A stretch of 64,000 nucleotides of DNA from the human T2T-CHM13v2.0 reference genome, Homo sapiens. The stretch lies in NCBI RefSeq assembly GCF_009914755.1, contig NC_060934.1; one strand, 5' to 3'. This document shows, piece by piece, positions 1-13,300 of this stretch (position 1 is its first letter; each line of letters opens with the position of its first letter). The position numbers were made by a program, and so were the translations under genes. The notes beneath the pieces are model-generated. The model was not told the origin of the DNA. It did not search any database and worked only from the letters and a program-made list of their open reading frames with translations.

Positions 1-339
1 ACAAACATGGGAAAGGCAAGTTTGAGGTATTTTAGATTGGAAATATTTTAGAAGAAAGACTATAAAAGATGCAAATAATTTGCCATATATATTCAGAATG
101 AAACTTAAAATGTCTTAGTAGAATGATATTTATGGAATGTGGACTGCTGTTAAAACAAAGTCCACTTACAATTATTTTTTATCAGCATTTGGTATTGTGA
201 TACAAGGGTTCTATCACAGGGTAATAGTATCTTGAATTCATACAAGTCAACATTCATTGAAAGCCATTAAGGTTGTTTTAAGATTTTGTGAATTGCTGGA
301 GCAACTGACATTCTGTTCTCATCAAATACTTGAAGCAGG

Positions 340-462
340 TGGCAGTATGGTTTGATAAAATTACATAAACTTGGGGTAAGGAGACCAGGGTTCCAACACC
401 AGCTCTGATTCATATTAGTTGTTTGGCCTTAGGCAAACTACACGGATTCTCCTAGTTTTCTT
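340..462 (+). mobile_element. MIR SINE fragment
   Basis: Degenerate MIR core (agaccagggttccaacaccagctctg...tggccttaggcaaactac); boundaries approximate. Confidence 0.55.
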
Positions 463-2020
463 GAGAAACGAGAAAGTTCCTTTTAAACCTATGAGTGTAT
501 AATTTTTAAAACCTGATTGCAAAATGTATCTATTTTTTCATGTAATGTAAGTACAGTTAGCAGGCTAAGGAATTAGTTATAGTCTAGAGCTACTCTCTTT
601 ACAAACATGTAGAGGCCATTCTTTGCGGAGAGTTATTTCAAAGGACAAAACTATGAGAAAACCACACATTTGGAGGAGCAACCTGCCTTGCTGAGAATGA
701 TTTAACTGTCACCTGTGCTACCTGATAAGATTTAGTTGAAGACTAAAGTAGCCCTGCTAATTTCAAAATCCTCTCTCACTGTCAAGTTAGTGTTTGCAGC
801 ATTTCATCAGTTAAGACCAGCTCTCTTTTATAATTAGCAAGGCTGCAGATGGATGCCCATCCAGGACACCTTCGTCTGCTTATTCCAGCCTGGGTATATA
901 CAAAGTCTGCTGGAGCCTGAGGCTATTCCCAGGAAATTAAGTGGAACCGTCTTCATTCGACTAGCCTATCTTTCACAACAGGCACATGTTGATTAAATGT
1001 TATTTCCATTTTATTTTTACTTCCTTCTCACCCTCTGTTTCTATTGTCCAGTTAAAACAACTTCACTGCCTTAGAAATTATTATTAAAAACTAATCACTA
1101 AAATAAATTCTTCCAGGGTCACTTTTTAAATTTTTAGTCCACTCTGAGATGTGACAAATAATATTTTTAATACCAGTTATTTTATGTAAATACTATTCCA
1201 ACTGTAGGTTTTTCATAATCAGAAAAGATTTAGCAATATTTAGATTTCAGTTTATAATTCTAGTATTTCTTAACCATTTTCTAGCATTCTCAAAACAGTA
1301 TATAGACAGTCACCAATTTAATTAAGAATCCTATTTGGGAGAAGCACTGAAAGTAGAAAGATCATCAGAAAATAAGCCATTGAGGGATTAATGCAAATAT
1401 AAGTAAATCTTAAATAGAAAAAAGAAAGCCATGCAAAGAAATTTCACATTCTCAGTAGAGCTGAGATTAGCTGATTAGCTGATCTTGACAGCTTATCTCA
1501 TGAGTACTGACTCAGGATTTTTCACAAGGTACTTGAAATTGTTTTCATTTCTACATAAAAGATACAAATCAATTATCTTCAGTTATGCACCTGGATTTAT
1601 AAAACACACTACTGGAATTATTGAAATTATTAGTCTCAGAAAAAAAATTCATAATCAAATGCACTTCAAACTATCATTTGTCAAAGATTAGACATCTTTG
1701 TGATAGCTTTCAATAAATTTTTGAAAATGCCTGTAGGTGTCACAAAGATCAGTTAAGGAAAAGCAGAAAGGAAGACTGAGGTTGCATGCGCAATTTCACA
1801 TTACCCAGCCATAACTTTTTTTTTAACTTATGAAATACATCCTTGCTGAGGATGCATATTTTTGTAGTTGTTCTCTATAAATGAGAAATCTAAGATTCTA
1901 TAAGCTATTCATGAATACCTTCATACACAACCTTGTCCATTTCTTTCTTACCTTTTAAATTCTCAGTGCAATGACAAACTCAGTGCGGACTTTGGCAGTG
2001 GTCCACAGAGCTCTTTAATT

Positions 2021-2075
2021 TTATTTGACTTTCTACCTATGAAAATAGTTATTTGACTTTCTACCTATGAAAATA
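2021..2075. repeat. Perfect tandem duplication, 28-bp period
   Basis: ttatttgactttctacctatgaaaata occurs at 2021-2047 and 2049-2075. Confidence 0.95.
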
Positions 2076-2763
2076 AGAAAAGACTAACATTCATAACTAA
2101 AAGCATTAATTATGGTATTTTTATGAGAAAATAATTATAGTAGACGATAAATAGTGGCCATGACATAAATCACATATCAAAAAATGTTACTGCATTCTAT
2201 CTTTAAAGACTTTTTAATGCTATGAGAAAATGTTCATTAAATCTTAAATAAGACAATGGTATACAATAATATGAACCTATATCACAATACTATATACATG
2301 TGTAATATGTTCTTTATGAAACAGAACATATATTAGATAAATTAAAATAGAATTATTAATTATAGTTATGCTTTGATTTTATGAGCAATATGGGATTTTT
2401 AAATTGTATTTTCTAAGATTGCTACAATTTTATATATTAATTTTACAACTTCAAGAAAAGAAAGCAATATGCATCTCTGAGGCACTGGATTAGCCAGGTG
2501 TTTCAAGTCTCTACCCAGTATGTTGAGATTTTATCTATGTCAGCTTCTGGAGAAATGTTTAAAAATACAGATTCTAGAGCTCCTAGCACAGACTCATTTT
2601 AGCAGTGATTACTGGCAACCAGTATTTAAGTAAAAACATCGTGGAGATTCTGGGGTTAGCCAGATATAGGAAAGCCAAGTCTAAATAGCAAAGGCAGATG
2701 GTTAATGACCAAATCATTGAGAAGCATTGCCGGCAGGTGCCTAAGATGCGGTCTATTAGAAAT

Positions 2764-3836
2764 GCCTAGGATTTCCTTGGCTATGCAGGGTCTTTTATGG
2801 TTCTATACAAATTTTAAACTAGTTTTTTCTAGTTCTGCGAAGAATTTCATTGGTAGTTTGATAGGAACAGCATTGACTATAGATTGCTTTGGGCAGTATA
2901 GCCATTTTAATGAAATTGATTCATCCTATCCATAAGCATGGGATGTTTTTCCATTTGTTTGTGTCCTCTGATTTCTTTGAACGATGTTTTGTAATTTTCA
3001 TTGTAGAGATCTTTCTCCTCCCTGGTTGGCTGTACTCCTAGGTATTTTATTCTTTTTGTGGCAATTGTGAATGTGGTTGCTTTCCTGATTAGGCTCTTGG
3101 TTTGGCTGTTGGTGGTGTATAGGAATGCTAGTGATTTTTGTACATTGATTGTGTATCCTGAAACTTTGCTGAAGTTGCTTATCAGATGAAGGAGCTTTTG
3201 GGCCGAGACTACAGGGTTTTCTAGATATAGAATCATGTCATCTGCAAATAGGGATAGTTTGACTTCCTCTATTCCTATTTGGATGCCTTTTATTTCTTTC
3301 TCTTGCCTGATTGCTCTGGCTAGGACTTCCTAGATTATGCTGAACAGGAGTGGTGAGAGAGGGCCTCTTGTTTTGTGCCGGTTTTCAAGGGGACTCCTTC
3401 CAGGTTTTGCCCATTCAGTATGAGGTTGGCTGTGGGTCTGTCATAAATGGCTCTTATTATTCTGAGGTATGTTCCTTCAATACCTAGTTTATTGAGAGCT
3501 AGTAACATTAATAGGCTGTTATCCTTAGCAAAGTAATGGAGGAATAGAAAACCAAATACCACATATTCTCACTTAAAAATCAGAGCTAAACAATGAGAAC
3601 TCATGATCACAAAGAAGGGAACAACAGACACTGGCGTCTACTTGAAAATGGAGGGTAGGAGGAGGGAGAAGAGCAGAAAACAAAATTATTGGGTACTGAA
3701 CAATACCCCATATTGGGTATTTCATCACCTGGGTGATGAAATAGCTTGTACAACAAACCCCATGACATGAGTTCACTTATGTAAAAAACCTTCACATGGA
3801 CCATCAAACCTAAAATAAAAGTTTTTTTTTTTTTTT
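2764..3836 (+). mobile_element. Old L1PA (L1PA13-16-like), 5'-truncated with 5' inversion
   Basis: 2764-3498 is antisense ORF2 RT region (ORFs 2907..3236 and 3335..3562: [24 protein letters not shown]). ~3513-3836 is sense ORF2 end plus 3'UTR ending aaaataaaagtt. Confidence 0.85.
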
Positions 3837-5264
3837 AAGAGATGTCTTATTTCAAAGGAGATGCAAAACCAAAAGCTGTACAGCTTTTCACACAGACTAA
3901 ACAGGAGCCCTGGCAGCCTCAGTTCTAGCACTTCCTCATTACCCTGCTCCCAAAGTGAAAGATTTTGATCTTCATGACCTCTTTAAAATTACTGTTCTTT
4001 CTTGCCAATGTCTGCATCTACTCCCCACTGGAGGATGGATAAAATAAACTCATAGCATTTCAAGCAGCCAGTGGGCATCAGACAATGACAATTCTTAGAA
4101 CTTTTACCTACAAATCAGTTCACCTAGAAGTGTAAAGACTCTGGAGTCTTTCCTCTTGCTTAGAGATCTGTATTTCACAGACTTCTGAGAAAAGTAGGCT
4201 ATAAAATGATTGAATATTCACTTGCTGCTTTTAATGTATTATTTATGTATGAGAATGTATAATTTGAGAAATAAAAAGTGAATTGAAAGTTGGGTAATTA
4301 AATATACAGTTCTTTGTTCAATTTTTAAACATAACATTTCCATTTTTTACCAGTATTAAATAGATCAGCTAACTGATAGGCTGAGGAAAAGATGAAAATC
4401 TTGAGAGAGAAGACAGCTACAGTGACTTTTTATTGAAATTTATTCTAACAAAGAAAATGTCGATTTTGTAGTTTCAATTCAAATTTTGTTTTATTTATAC
4501 TTAATGTAGGTAAGACTTGTGCTAGATCTATGGTTAAGCAGGAGCTCCATTTTGATATGCTGTCTCTCTCTCAGGCCAGTATGACAGATACTAGAAGTGA
4601 GGGATTCTGAAAGCATGGTCTGGTGTAGTTGTGCTTTAGGTCAACATGCATTACACTTATTTAGCAGATGAAAAATTGAAACTTATGAAACAAGGAAAAT
4701 TTTTTGATTTAAGTAAATTAATGAGTACCATGAGGGGAGCCAGGACCCATCTTTCCTGGCATCTCTCATATTATGCTGGTAGATATTTTTACATTTCTGT
4801 AGTTTCAAAAAACAAAAATGAAAATCAGGAAAGTAGAAGCTAATAGTATTGGATACACTTTGTCAGGAAAAAGAATATGCAGATAAAATTTTAAATGATA
4901 CCAATTTCCCTTTCTCCTAAACAATGCATCTTTTTACATGCAATGTATTAAGAAGTGCTGCCATGCTCTCCCCTGGACTATGCAAATAATCAGAAACTAT
5001 TTGTAGCTCATTTGTTCCAGGAAGATGACAGATGAAGGTTTAAATCTGAAACATGTGACTAGCAGCCAACTACTGTTTTCATTAGGCTAAATGGGAATTT
5101 CAAAATACAATCACATAAACAGGAATTTAAAATTTCTATTAAATTACAAAAATATTAGGTCATATAACAAAAATAGGAGGAAGAATGCTAATGGAGAAAT
5201 TATATTAAATATATGTGTACAAAAATTTCTATTAAGAAAGGTTCACTTATGTATTAATTTATTA

Positions 5265-5835
5265 ATTTATCCTGAATATTGATTGAATATTTTATATATT
5301 CTATGTGTAGTGACCTACACAGGTTAATCATGATAAATAAAGCAGGCAATATCCTTATGCTCATGGAAATTATAGTGCAATAGAAATAACAGATTTTTTA
5401 AAATCTCACAAGTAAATAATGATAAAATATGAGTGCAATGAAGGAAAAGCACTACTTATTAGAGATTTCAAGAGGAAGACCAAATTTACGTTGAAAGTAA
5501 ACAAAGTTTCCACAATAAATCAGTAGGAATTACTTTTAAAAATATCACGAGTGTATGTGTGCATGTATTTATTTCAGGCAAGAGAATAAATATGCATTTC
5601 AGCTAGAAATTATTGTATTGCCTGAAAACCCGGAAATGAGTCTGACCATTTGGAACAACTGAAATAATAAACAAAACAAAACAGAATAGTGAAGTTGGAC
5701 CATCGCAAGAGACAAGAGGGAAAAAATAATAATGGTGTAGGCAGTTACCATACTGTGGCAAAATCTCATGAAATTTTAAATATATTTTCTCAATGTAGTA
5801 AGAAGCCATTGAAGATTTTTACGTAAGGATGATTT
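5265..5835 (-). mobile_element. L2 LINE fragment
   Basis: Degenerate L2 3' motifs (gcaggcaatatccttatgctcatggaaattatagt; agaagccattgaagattttt). Confidence 0.5.
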
Positions 5836-6399
5836 GACAGAACTCGCTAAACAATAATCAAATAATTTAGTGACTCATTCAAACCAATAGCAATCTAAAA
5901 ACTATACTACTACCTCAAAAACACTTCTCTCTATTGCGGGGCACCAACCCTAACCCAGAGAACAACCATGACATCTGTTTTTACCAGAAAGCTTTCTGGG
6001 TTTGGCTTATCAACTACATCAGTAAACTGCATACTGATCTCTGGCCCTGGGGAGATTTCTGCTGAAAAGCAGGCTGTTAGCAAACATTTACAAATTCAGC
6101 TTTCTCAAAAAGCCTTTTTATAATAACTATTAGTATCAAAAGTCTGCTTGGTTGTAATTTCTTCTCCTACCTGTTTTAGGAGACCCTGAAATCAACACTC
6201 TCAGAAAATACTGAGAACACTTCATGGTATCAGAAAAATTTTGAATGTCTTTGAGAACAGGTAGATGACACAACCTCTACAACTAGTTCTTCCAGTGAAT
6301 GTTGTCAGTGGAAAAATATCTTATTATTTAAACCTTTGCAAAATAAATGCTGTAAATAGGTGTTTCCATCTTTCTCTTAGTCCATAGTAAAACAACTGT

Positions 6400-7829
6400 A
6401 AAACATGGTTTGCATGTGTTTGCTGCTGAGTGGTATGTCCACCTGCTTCAGCACCAGTAGCATTTGCAGATCCAACAGACTCCCATCATTTTGTACTCTG
6501 TCATTTTTAGTACCATCTGGCAGTGTTTTTGCTGAAACACTTTTCTCAAAATCTTGGGTGGAGGGGTGGTCTTCACTGGATTTTGATGGTGTTCACATCA
6601 GTATACAAAGGCCACATCCACATTTATTTTTCATGATAATCCTTTCTCTATGTTTGGGTTATTTTGAGATGGCTGAGGGGCCTCAAGATTCCTAGAGGCC
6701 TTACAGTTTGATTGAGAGGATTTGTGAAGCACACGCTTAGTCTCTTGAAAGGGCCCTCTGTGACTGAATATTGTGACCTTTTGATCTTTCTCAGGTTTGA
6801 GAAAAAGGTTGTATAGGTACACCCATTTTTCTATGCCACATTTGTGGAAGAAATTTCTTAATTTTAACAGCCTTTGCCATAAGGACAGGCCAAGAATTTT
6901 CAAAACCATCAGTCCTTAGATCCTTTTGATTTAATAGTTCGTCCCTTAATTAACTTCTCTTCTTTCACATTTTATTATAAGCAGCAAGAAGCAATCAGGA
7001 TGGCACTTGCACGTTTTGCTTAGGAGTTTCTTTAGCTGTATAACAAGTTCAACACTTACAAGTTCTGCTTTTCACATAACTTCAGGGGACAATTTTGCTA
7101 AGTTTTGTGCTACTATTTAACAAGGACGTCCTTTTCTCTAGTTTTTAAAATATGTTCATCCATAACTTCAGAGCGCTCAACAGCAGTATCCTCTAGGTCC
7201 AGATTTTCACCAGCCACTTGTTCAAGGTAATATGGGCTTTCTCTATCATTCTTCCCAAAATTACTTAAGTATTTGTTTAAAAAGCACCCATTTCCAGGCA
7301 TCAAAATATATGTTAGTTTTATATTGCTGCATAATAATTACCACAAAATTAACAGCTTAAAAATAAATCTATTATCTCACAGTTTCTGTGGGTTTTGAGT
7401 CAGAGCACTGCTTAACTGGGTCTTCTGCTTCAGGTTTTCACAAGTCTGCAATCAAAGTGCCAGCAGGGACCGCAGTTTCATATGAGACAGCTGATTATTT
7501 TTTAAACTCACACGGTTGTTTGTGATCCTCACAGTTGTAAGACTGAGGCCCTTAGATCCGGGAGTTAAGTCACAGTCCTTTGTTGTGGTTGCCTCCCATA
7601 ATATGATGGTTTTCTTCATCAAGCCAATAAAGACAACAAGTCTGCTATAAGGATGGAGAATTATAAAATGTCATGTAGTCATGAAAGTCATGTACCATTA
7701 CTTTTTCCATACTCTTTTAGTTAGTAATATATCACGGGTTCCTTCCATGCTGAAAAGGAAGGGGTAATAAAAGGACAGGAAAACCAGGTGGTGGAGATCA
7801 TAAGGACCACCTTAAATTGGTCCACCACA
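6400..7829 (-). mobile_element. MLT1 (MaLR, MLT1F-like) internal fragment (~6400-7305) plus LTR (~7311-7829)
   Basis: LTR motifs ttattgctgcataa-like start, attatctcacagtttctgtggg, ctgcaatcaaagtg; adjacent reverse-complement PBS-like ccatttccagg. Confidence 0.65.
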
Positions 7830-8474
7830 CAGCTGTAGCATGTAAGTGTTAATAGCTCTTTTTTAAAAAATATAAGAAAAACAAGAGAATAAAACATTCA
7901 AGTACTTGTAAGCATAGTCATGAAAAGGTCTCATTTTTTCTGATTCAAAAACACATACTGATATGGTTTGGCTGTGTCCCCACCCAAATCTGATCTTGCA
8001 TTGTAACTCCCACATTTTCCATGTGTCATGGAAGGGACCCAGTCAGGGGTAATTGAATCATGGGAGCAGGTATTTCTCATGCTGTTCTCATGATAGTCAA
8101 TAAGTCTCACAAGATCTGATGGTTTTATACAGACGAGTTCCCCTGAACAGGCTCTTTTTTGCCTGCTGCAATCCGTGTAAGATGTGACTTGTTCCTCCTT
8201 GCCTTCCACCTTGATTATGAGGCCTTCCCAGCCACATGGAACTGTAACTTTATTAAACCTCTTTCTTTTGTAAATTGCCCAGTCTTGGGGATAACTTTAT
8301 CAGCAGTGAGAACAGTAAATTAGTAGCAGTAGAGTGGAGTGCTGCTAAAAAGATACTCAAAAATGTGGAGGCAACTTTGGAACTGGGTAACAGGCAGAGT
8401 TTGAAACAGTCTGGAGGGCTCAGAAGAAGACAGGAAGATGTGGGAAAGTTTGGAACTTCCTAGAGACTTGTTGA

Positions 8475-9278
8475 ATGGCTTTGCCCAAAATGCTGAATAA
8501 CGATATGGAAAGTAAAGTCCAGGCTGAGATTATTTCAGATAGAAATGAGGAACTTGTGAACTGGAGCAAAGGTGACTCGGATATAATAGCAAAGAGACTG
8601 GCAGCATTTCGCCCCTGCCCTAGAGATATGCAGAACTTTGAACTTGAGAGAGATGATTTAGGGTATCTGGCAGAAGAAATTTCTAAGCAGCAAAGCATTC
8701 AAGAAGTGACTTGGGTGCTGTTAAAGGCGTTCAGTTTTAAAAGGGAAACAGAGCATAGAAGTTCGAAAAATTTGCAGCCTGACAATGGGATAGGAAAGAA
8801 AATCTCATTTTCTGAGGAGAAATTCAAACCAGCTGCAGATATTTGCATAGGTAACAAGGCGTTGAATGTTAATCACCAAGATAATGGGGAAAATGTCACC
8901 AGGGCATGTCAGAGACCTTTGTGTCAGCCCCTTCTATCACAGGCCCAGAGACTTAGGAGGAAAACATGGTTTTGTGGGCCCGGCCCAGGATTCCTCTGCT
9001 GTGGGCAGTCTAGAGACTTGGTGTCCTGCGTCCCAGCTGCTCCAGCAGTGACTAAAAGGGGCCAAGGTCCAGCTCAGGCCATGGATTCAAAGGGTGCAAG
9101 CCCCAGGTCTTGGCAGCTTCCACATGGTGTTGAGCCTGCTAGTACACAGAAGTCAAGAATTGGGGTTTGGAAACTTCCACATAGGTTTCAGAGGATGTAT
9201 GGAAACACTGGATGTCCAGGCAAAAGTTTACTGCAGGGGAAAGGCACTCATGGAGAACCTCTGCTAGGGCAGTGCTAA
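8475..9278 (+). pseudogene. THE1 internal ORF remnant (267 codons open)
   Basis: Homologous to ORF 19622..20020 (-) in the second THE1; typical MaLR internal ORF peptide; no evidence of function. Confidence 0.75.
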
Positions 9279-9740
9279 AGGGAAATGTGGGGTGGGAACA
9301 CCCACACCGAGCCACCACTGGGGCACTGTCTAGTGGAGCTGTGAGAAGAGGGCCACCATCCTCTAGACCCCAGAATGGTAGGTGTGCCAACAGCTTGCAC
9401 CATGCCCCTGGAAAAGCCACAGACACTTAATACCAATGCATGAAAGCAGCCAAGAGGGAGGCTATACCCTGCGAAGCCACAGAGGCAGAGCTGCTCAAGA
9501 CCATAGGAACCTACATTTTGCATCAATGTGACCCCAATGCCAGACAGACCTTCAAAGGAGATCATTTTGGAACATTAAGATTTGACTGCCCCATTGGATT
9601 TTGGACTTGCATGGGGCCTGTAACCCCTTTGTTTTGGTCAGATTCTTCCATTTGGAATGACTGTATTTAGCCAATACCTGTACCCTTAATGTATCTAGGA
9701 AATAACTAGCTTGCTTTAGATTTTGCAGGCTCATAGGCAG

Positions 9741-10194
9741 TGTGATTGTTAATACTGAGTGTTCACCTTGATTGGATTGAAGGATGAAAAGTATTGATCC
9801 TGGGTGTGTCTGTGAGGGTGTTGCCAAAGGAGATTAACATTTGAGTCAGTGGGCTGGGAAAAGCAGACCCACCCTTAATTTGGGTGGGCATAATCTAGTC
9901 AGCTGCCAGTGTGACCAGAATAAAAGCAGGCAGAAGAAAATGAAGAGATCAGACTGGCTTCCCCTCCCAGCCTACATCTTTCACCCATGCTGGATGCTTC
10001 TGCCCTTGAACATCGGACTCCAAGTTCTTCAGCTTTGGGACTCAGCCTGGCTTCCTTGCTCCTCAGCTTGCAGATGGCTTATTGTGGGACCTTGAGATCA
10101 TGTGAGTTAATACTCCTTAATGAACACCCCTTTATTAACAGGATAGATATACATCTATTCTTTTAGTTCTGTCCTTCTAGAGAACCCTAATACA
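9741..10194 (+). mobile_element. MLT2A (HERV-L) solo LTR nested in THE1 internal region
   Basis: Starts tgtgattgttaatactgagtg, contains cttgattggattgaaggatg and gggtgttgccaaaggagattaacatttgagtcagtgg, ends agagaaccctaataca; TSD ggcag/ggtgg. Confidence 0.92.
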
Positions 10195-11499
10195 GGTGGA
10201 AGGGACTTGCCTTGTCTTAGATGAGACATTGGACTGTGGACTTTTGAGTTAAGGCTGAAATGAGTTAAGACTTTGAAGGACTGTTGGGAAGGCATGATTG
10301 GTTTTGATATGTGAGGACATGAGATTTGGGAGGGGCCAGGGGCAGAATGATATGGTTTGGCTGTTTCCTCACTCTAACCTCACCTTGAATTGTAACTCCC
10401 ACAATTTTCATGTGTGGTGGGAGGAACCCAGTGGGAGGTAATTGTATCACGAGGGCGGGTCTTTCTTGTGCTGTTCTCCTGATGGTGAATAAGTCTCACG
10501 AGATCTGATGATTTTATACAGAGGTGTTCCCCTCCACAAGCTCTCTTTTTGCCTGCTGCCATCCATGTAAGACGTGACTTGTTTCTCCTTCCCTTCTGCC
10601 ATGATTATGAGGCCTCCCCAGCCAAGTGGAATTATAAGTCCATTAAAACTTCTTTCTTTTGTAAATCACCCAGTGTTGGGTATGTCTTTATCAGCAGTGG
10701 GAAAACAGACTAATACACATATGTTTAAGTTACTGCACTTAATCTCATGAATAGTTTGACTACCTTGAATACCAAGATTTAACAATGTAAAGTGACTAAA
10801 ATAATACTTTTATGAAGCTACTCTGAGTATTAAATTAGATCAATTCTATGCCTGGTCAGAGAAGAACTCATTAAATGCTAATAATTATGACGATTATCAT
10901 AATTTTAAAAATGTTCTCAAATTCTATATCAAGACTTAGTAAAGTCTTGGTACAGGCATGGCTTTCCTATATTATATCTAAGATCAACCTTGAGTTCTTT
11001 ATTCATCTATGGTCTTCTTTCTTTGGAGATCATGGCTTCCTTTCACTACATGAGAGAAAAAAGTGGAGACTTACTCTTTTATTCTTCACTCCCAGAGTTC
11101 TAAGGAAATGGACCCTCACTAAGAATATGAGCAAGATGTGGTAGAAGAGTGTGGCCTGATAGCAATTTACAGAATACTCCTTCCATGATTATATCCCCCT
11201 ATTCTATTTGTTCTAAACACTTTAGATGCTAAACTACCTTGAGAATCAAGTACAAGAAAGACCACAGATAAAATATTCTGTCTTCCAAAGCTTTCAGAAT
11301 ACATTTTAGTTTCTAATAGAGTCTGAACTAAGATTAGCAATAAAACTCTCAGCTGGAAGCTGTTATATAGGGGGAAAATAGTGTTTACTTTAAATCCAAA
11401 GTCCTTCCGGATTAAGAGATATCTGTCAGAGTTAATTTTATAGTAATTTAGTCAAATGTTGAAATTAGTCTAAATTAATTAATTTTATTAAAAATCGGT

Positions 11500-12780
11500 T
11501 AACAATAAGCCTTCAATATCTACTATAAGAAAAGTATTTGTTGAATCTAAGAGGATAAAAAGAACTGAATCATAGGTCCTGGCTTTAAGAAGTTGAAGTT
11601 CAAATAGGGAGGAAATTGAATGCATATAAATAACTCCAATATAAAATAGATGAGATTAATGCCATAAAATATTATAGTTAAAATGCTAGTGGAGTTCACG
11701 GAGGAAGGTGAGGTTCCTACTGGGCAGGCATTTCACTAAAAAGATGGTGTTTAAGCTGTGCAATGAAGAATAGGTAAATAAATTATAGCATATTACAATA
11801 AAAAATAAAATTGCAGATAGAGTGGACTTACAAACCAATTCTGAGTGGGAGAAGGACAGATTGTATAGAGAGACTAGCAAGTAGTTCAATTTGACTAGAA
11901 TTTAGACTGTGAAAATAAGAATTGGAAAATATAAGAACAATGGGGATATCTTAAAAAGGCATTAATTTCCAGATTCAGGTGCTCAAAACATAATCTATAG
12001 AAGAAGGGAATTCATTTGAGCTTTTTTTAATTGTTTATTTCTTTGTTTTCTTTTTAGCATGTCTGATGGAATTAAATGTCTGCAAAGCAAGACAAATTTG
12101 ACAATGAGATTCAAAATGAATTGGAGGTCTTAAATGGTGATACAAAAACATATTGAAAACAAACTAAAAAATCGAAATCTTTTAATAGCTTATATGAGAA
12201 TTAGAGGACCCAAAATAAGAAAATAGCAGAAATGACAAGATGGCAAGCAATTTTAATAATATAAAAGAGGCAAAATAAAGAGGGTAAAAAAAAATTCAAA
12301 AATGATTTCAATAAGGGAAACTTGAGTGACTGAAAGGTAAGTTATGATCTTATCTGAAATCGTGAAATCATGGAAAAAAACTGAGTTAAGTCCTGTTTTA
12401 ATTTTTTTTCCAGGCAAATGAGGCTATGTATTCCATATCACACAGGTGTAGTTTGAGTTCATGTCATACAGAGCTCTGATGACATGCTTGGGCTATTCTA
12501 CGTGGTGGGGCAGAAACCTTTGGGAGGGGTCTTATTGAGGCTTACTTACAGAAAAGAAAACTAAAGTAGTGAGTGTATGAGACTAAATGAGACTGAAAGT
12601 GATCACTATAGGAGCAATGATGAAAAGAGAGAAAAAAAAGCCAAGGAACAAAACTTGGAAAATCTCTGTATTTAAGAAGTGGAAGAATGTAAGCAAGACC
12701 ATAAGAAAATAAGAGAAGAAAAAACCCACAAATTTAATACAGAAGGAAAAGACCTTTAGGAGTGGCCAGGAGGTACAAGA
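11500..12780 (-). mobile_element. L2 LINE fragments (degenerate)
   Basis: aagtatttgttgaat and ggtcctggctttaagaagtt motifs, purine-rich L2-like tract; boundaries approximate. Confidence 0.45.
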
Positions 12781-13059
12781 ACTCAACAACCATCTGAACA
12801 CAAGTATTGATGTACAAAAGACAAAAAGGTTAGGGTTTTTTTGTTGGTTTCCGGGTTTTTTTTTTCTATTTTTTTTTTCTTATTCTGTTGATGCACTAGA
12901 GGATTTCAAACTGTAATGAACCATGAGCGTATTTATATATTAATATATTCAAGTAATCTGCTTTGGAATAGCTGAGTAACCCTAGGGATGTATAATTCTT
13001 TCAAATCATACATACATATTTAAGAGAATGGTCTTTAAGTATATATAAATATATGTCTA

Positions 13060-13300
13060 TGTCATTTACAAGTTCTTGTGTATTCTAATAGTCTCTTTAC
13101 TTTTCTATATACACAGTCATATCATCTGCAAGTGAAGATACATTTAATCCTTCTACCACACAATTTATATTTTTTTTGCCATGGCGTTAGCTAGAACCTT
13201 CTAAACAATTTTGAATAGCAATGAGGATAGCAACAAGCTAAGGCTTCTTTCTGCTTTGTAGGAGAATAGTCTAGCAAGTAATTATAACACATAACATTAA
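13060..13300 (-). mobile_element. Ancient L1M ORF2 fragment
   Basis: cagtcatatcatctgcaa (antisense of FADDM) and gctagaaccttc...ttgaatag. Confidence 0.55.

Larger units (their letters stand above)
7959..10717 (+). mobile_element. Full-length THE1 (THE1B/C-like) MaLR provirus: 5' LTR 7959-8314, internal 8315-10347, 3' LTR 10348-10717
   Basis: Both LTRs start tgatatggtttggctgt; 3' LTR ends gactaataca; 5-bp TSD catac/catat; internal THE1 ORF remnant (LERDDLGYLAEEISKQQSIQ). Confidence 0.95.

Noticed and set aside
2742-3852. TSD for the 2.8-3.8 kb L1 (taagatgcggtctatt vs taagagatgtcttatt)
   Set aside because: Too degenerate to assert
8475-9278. 267-aa ORF as a host gene
   Set aside because: Remnant of the known THE1 internal ORF; the rest of the frame is broken
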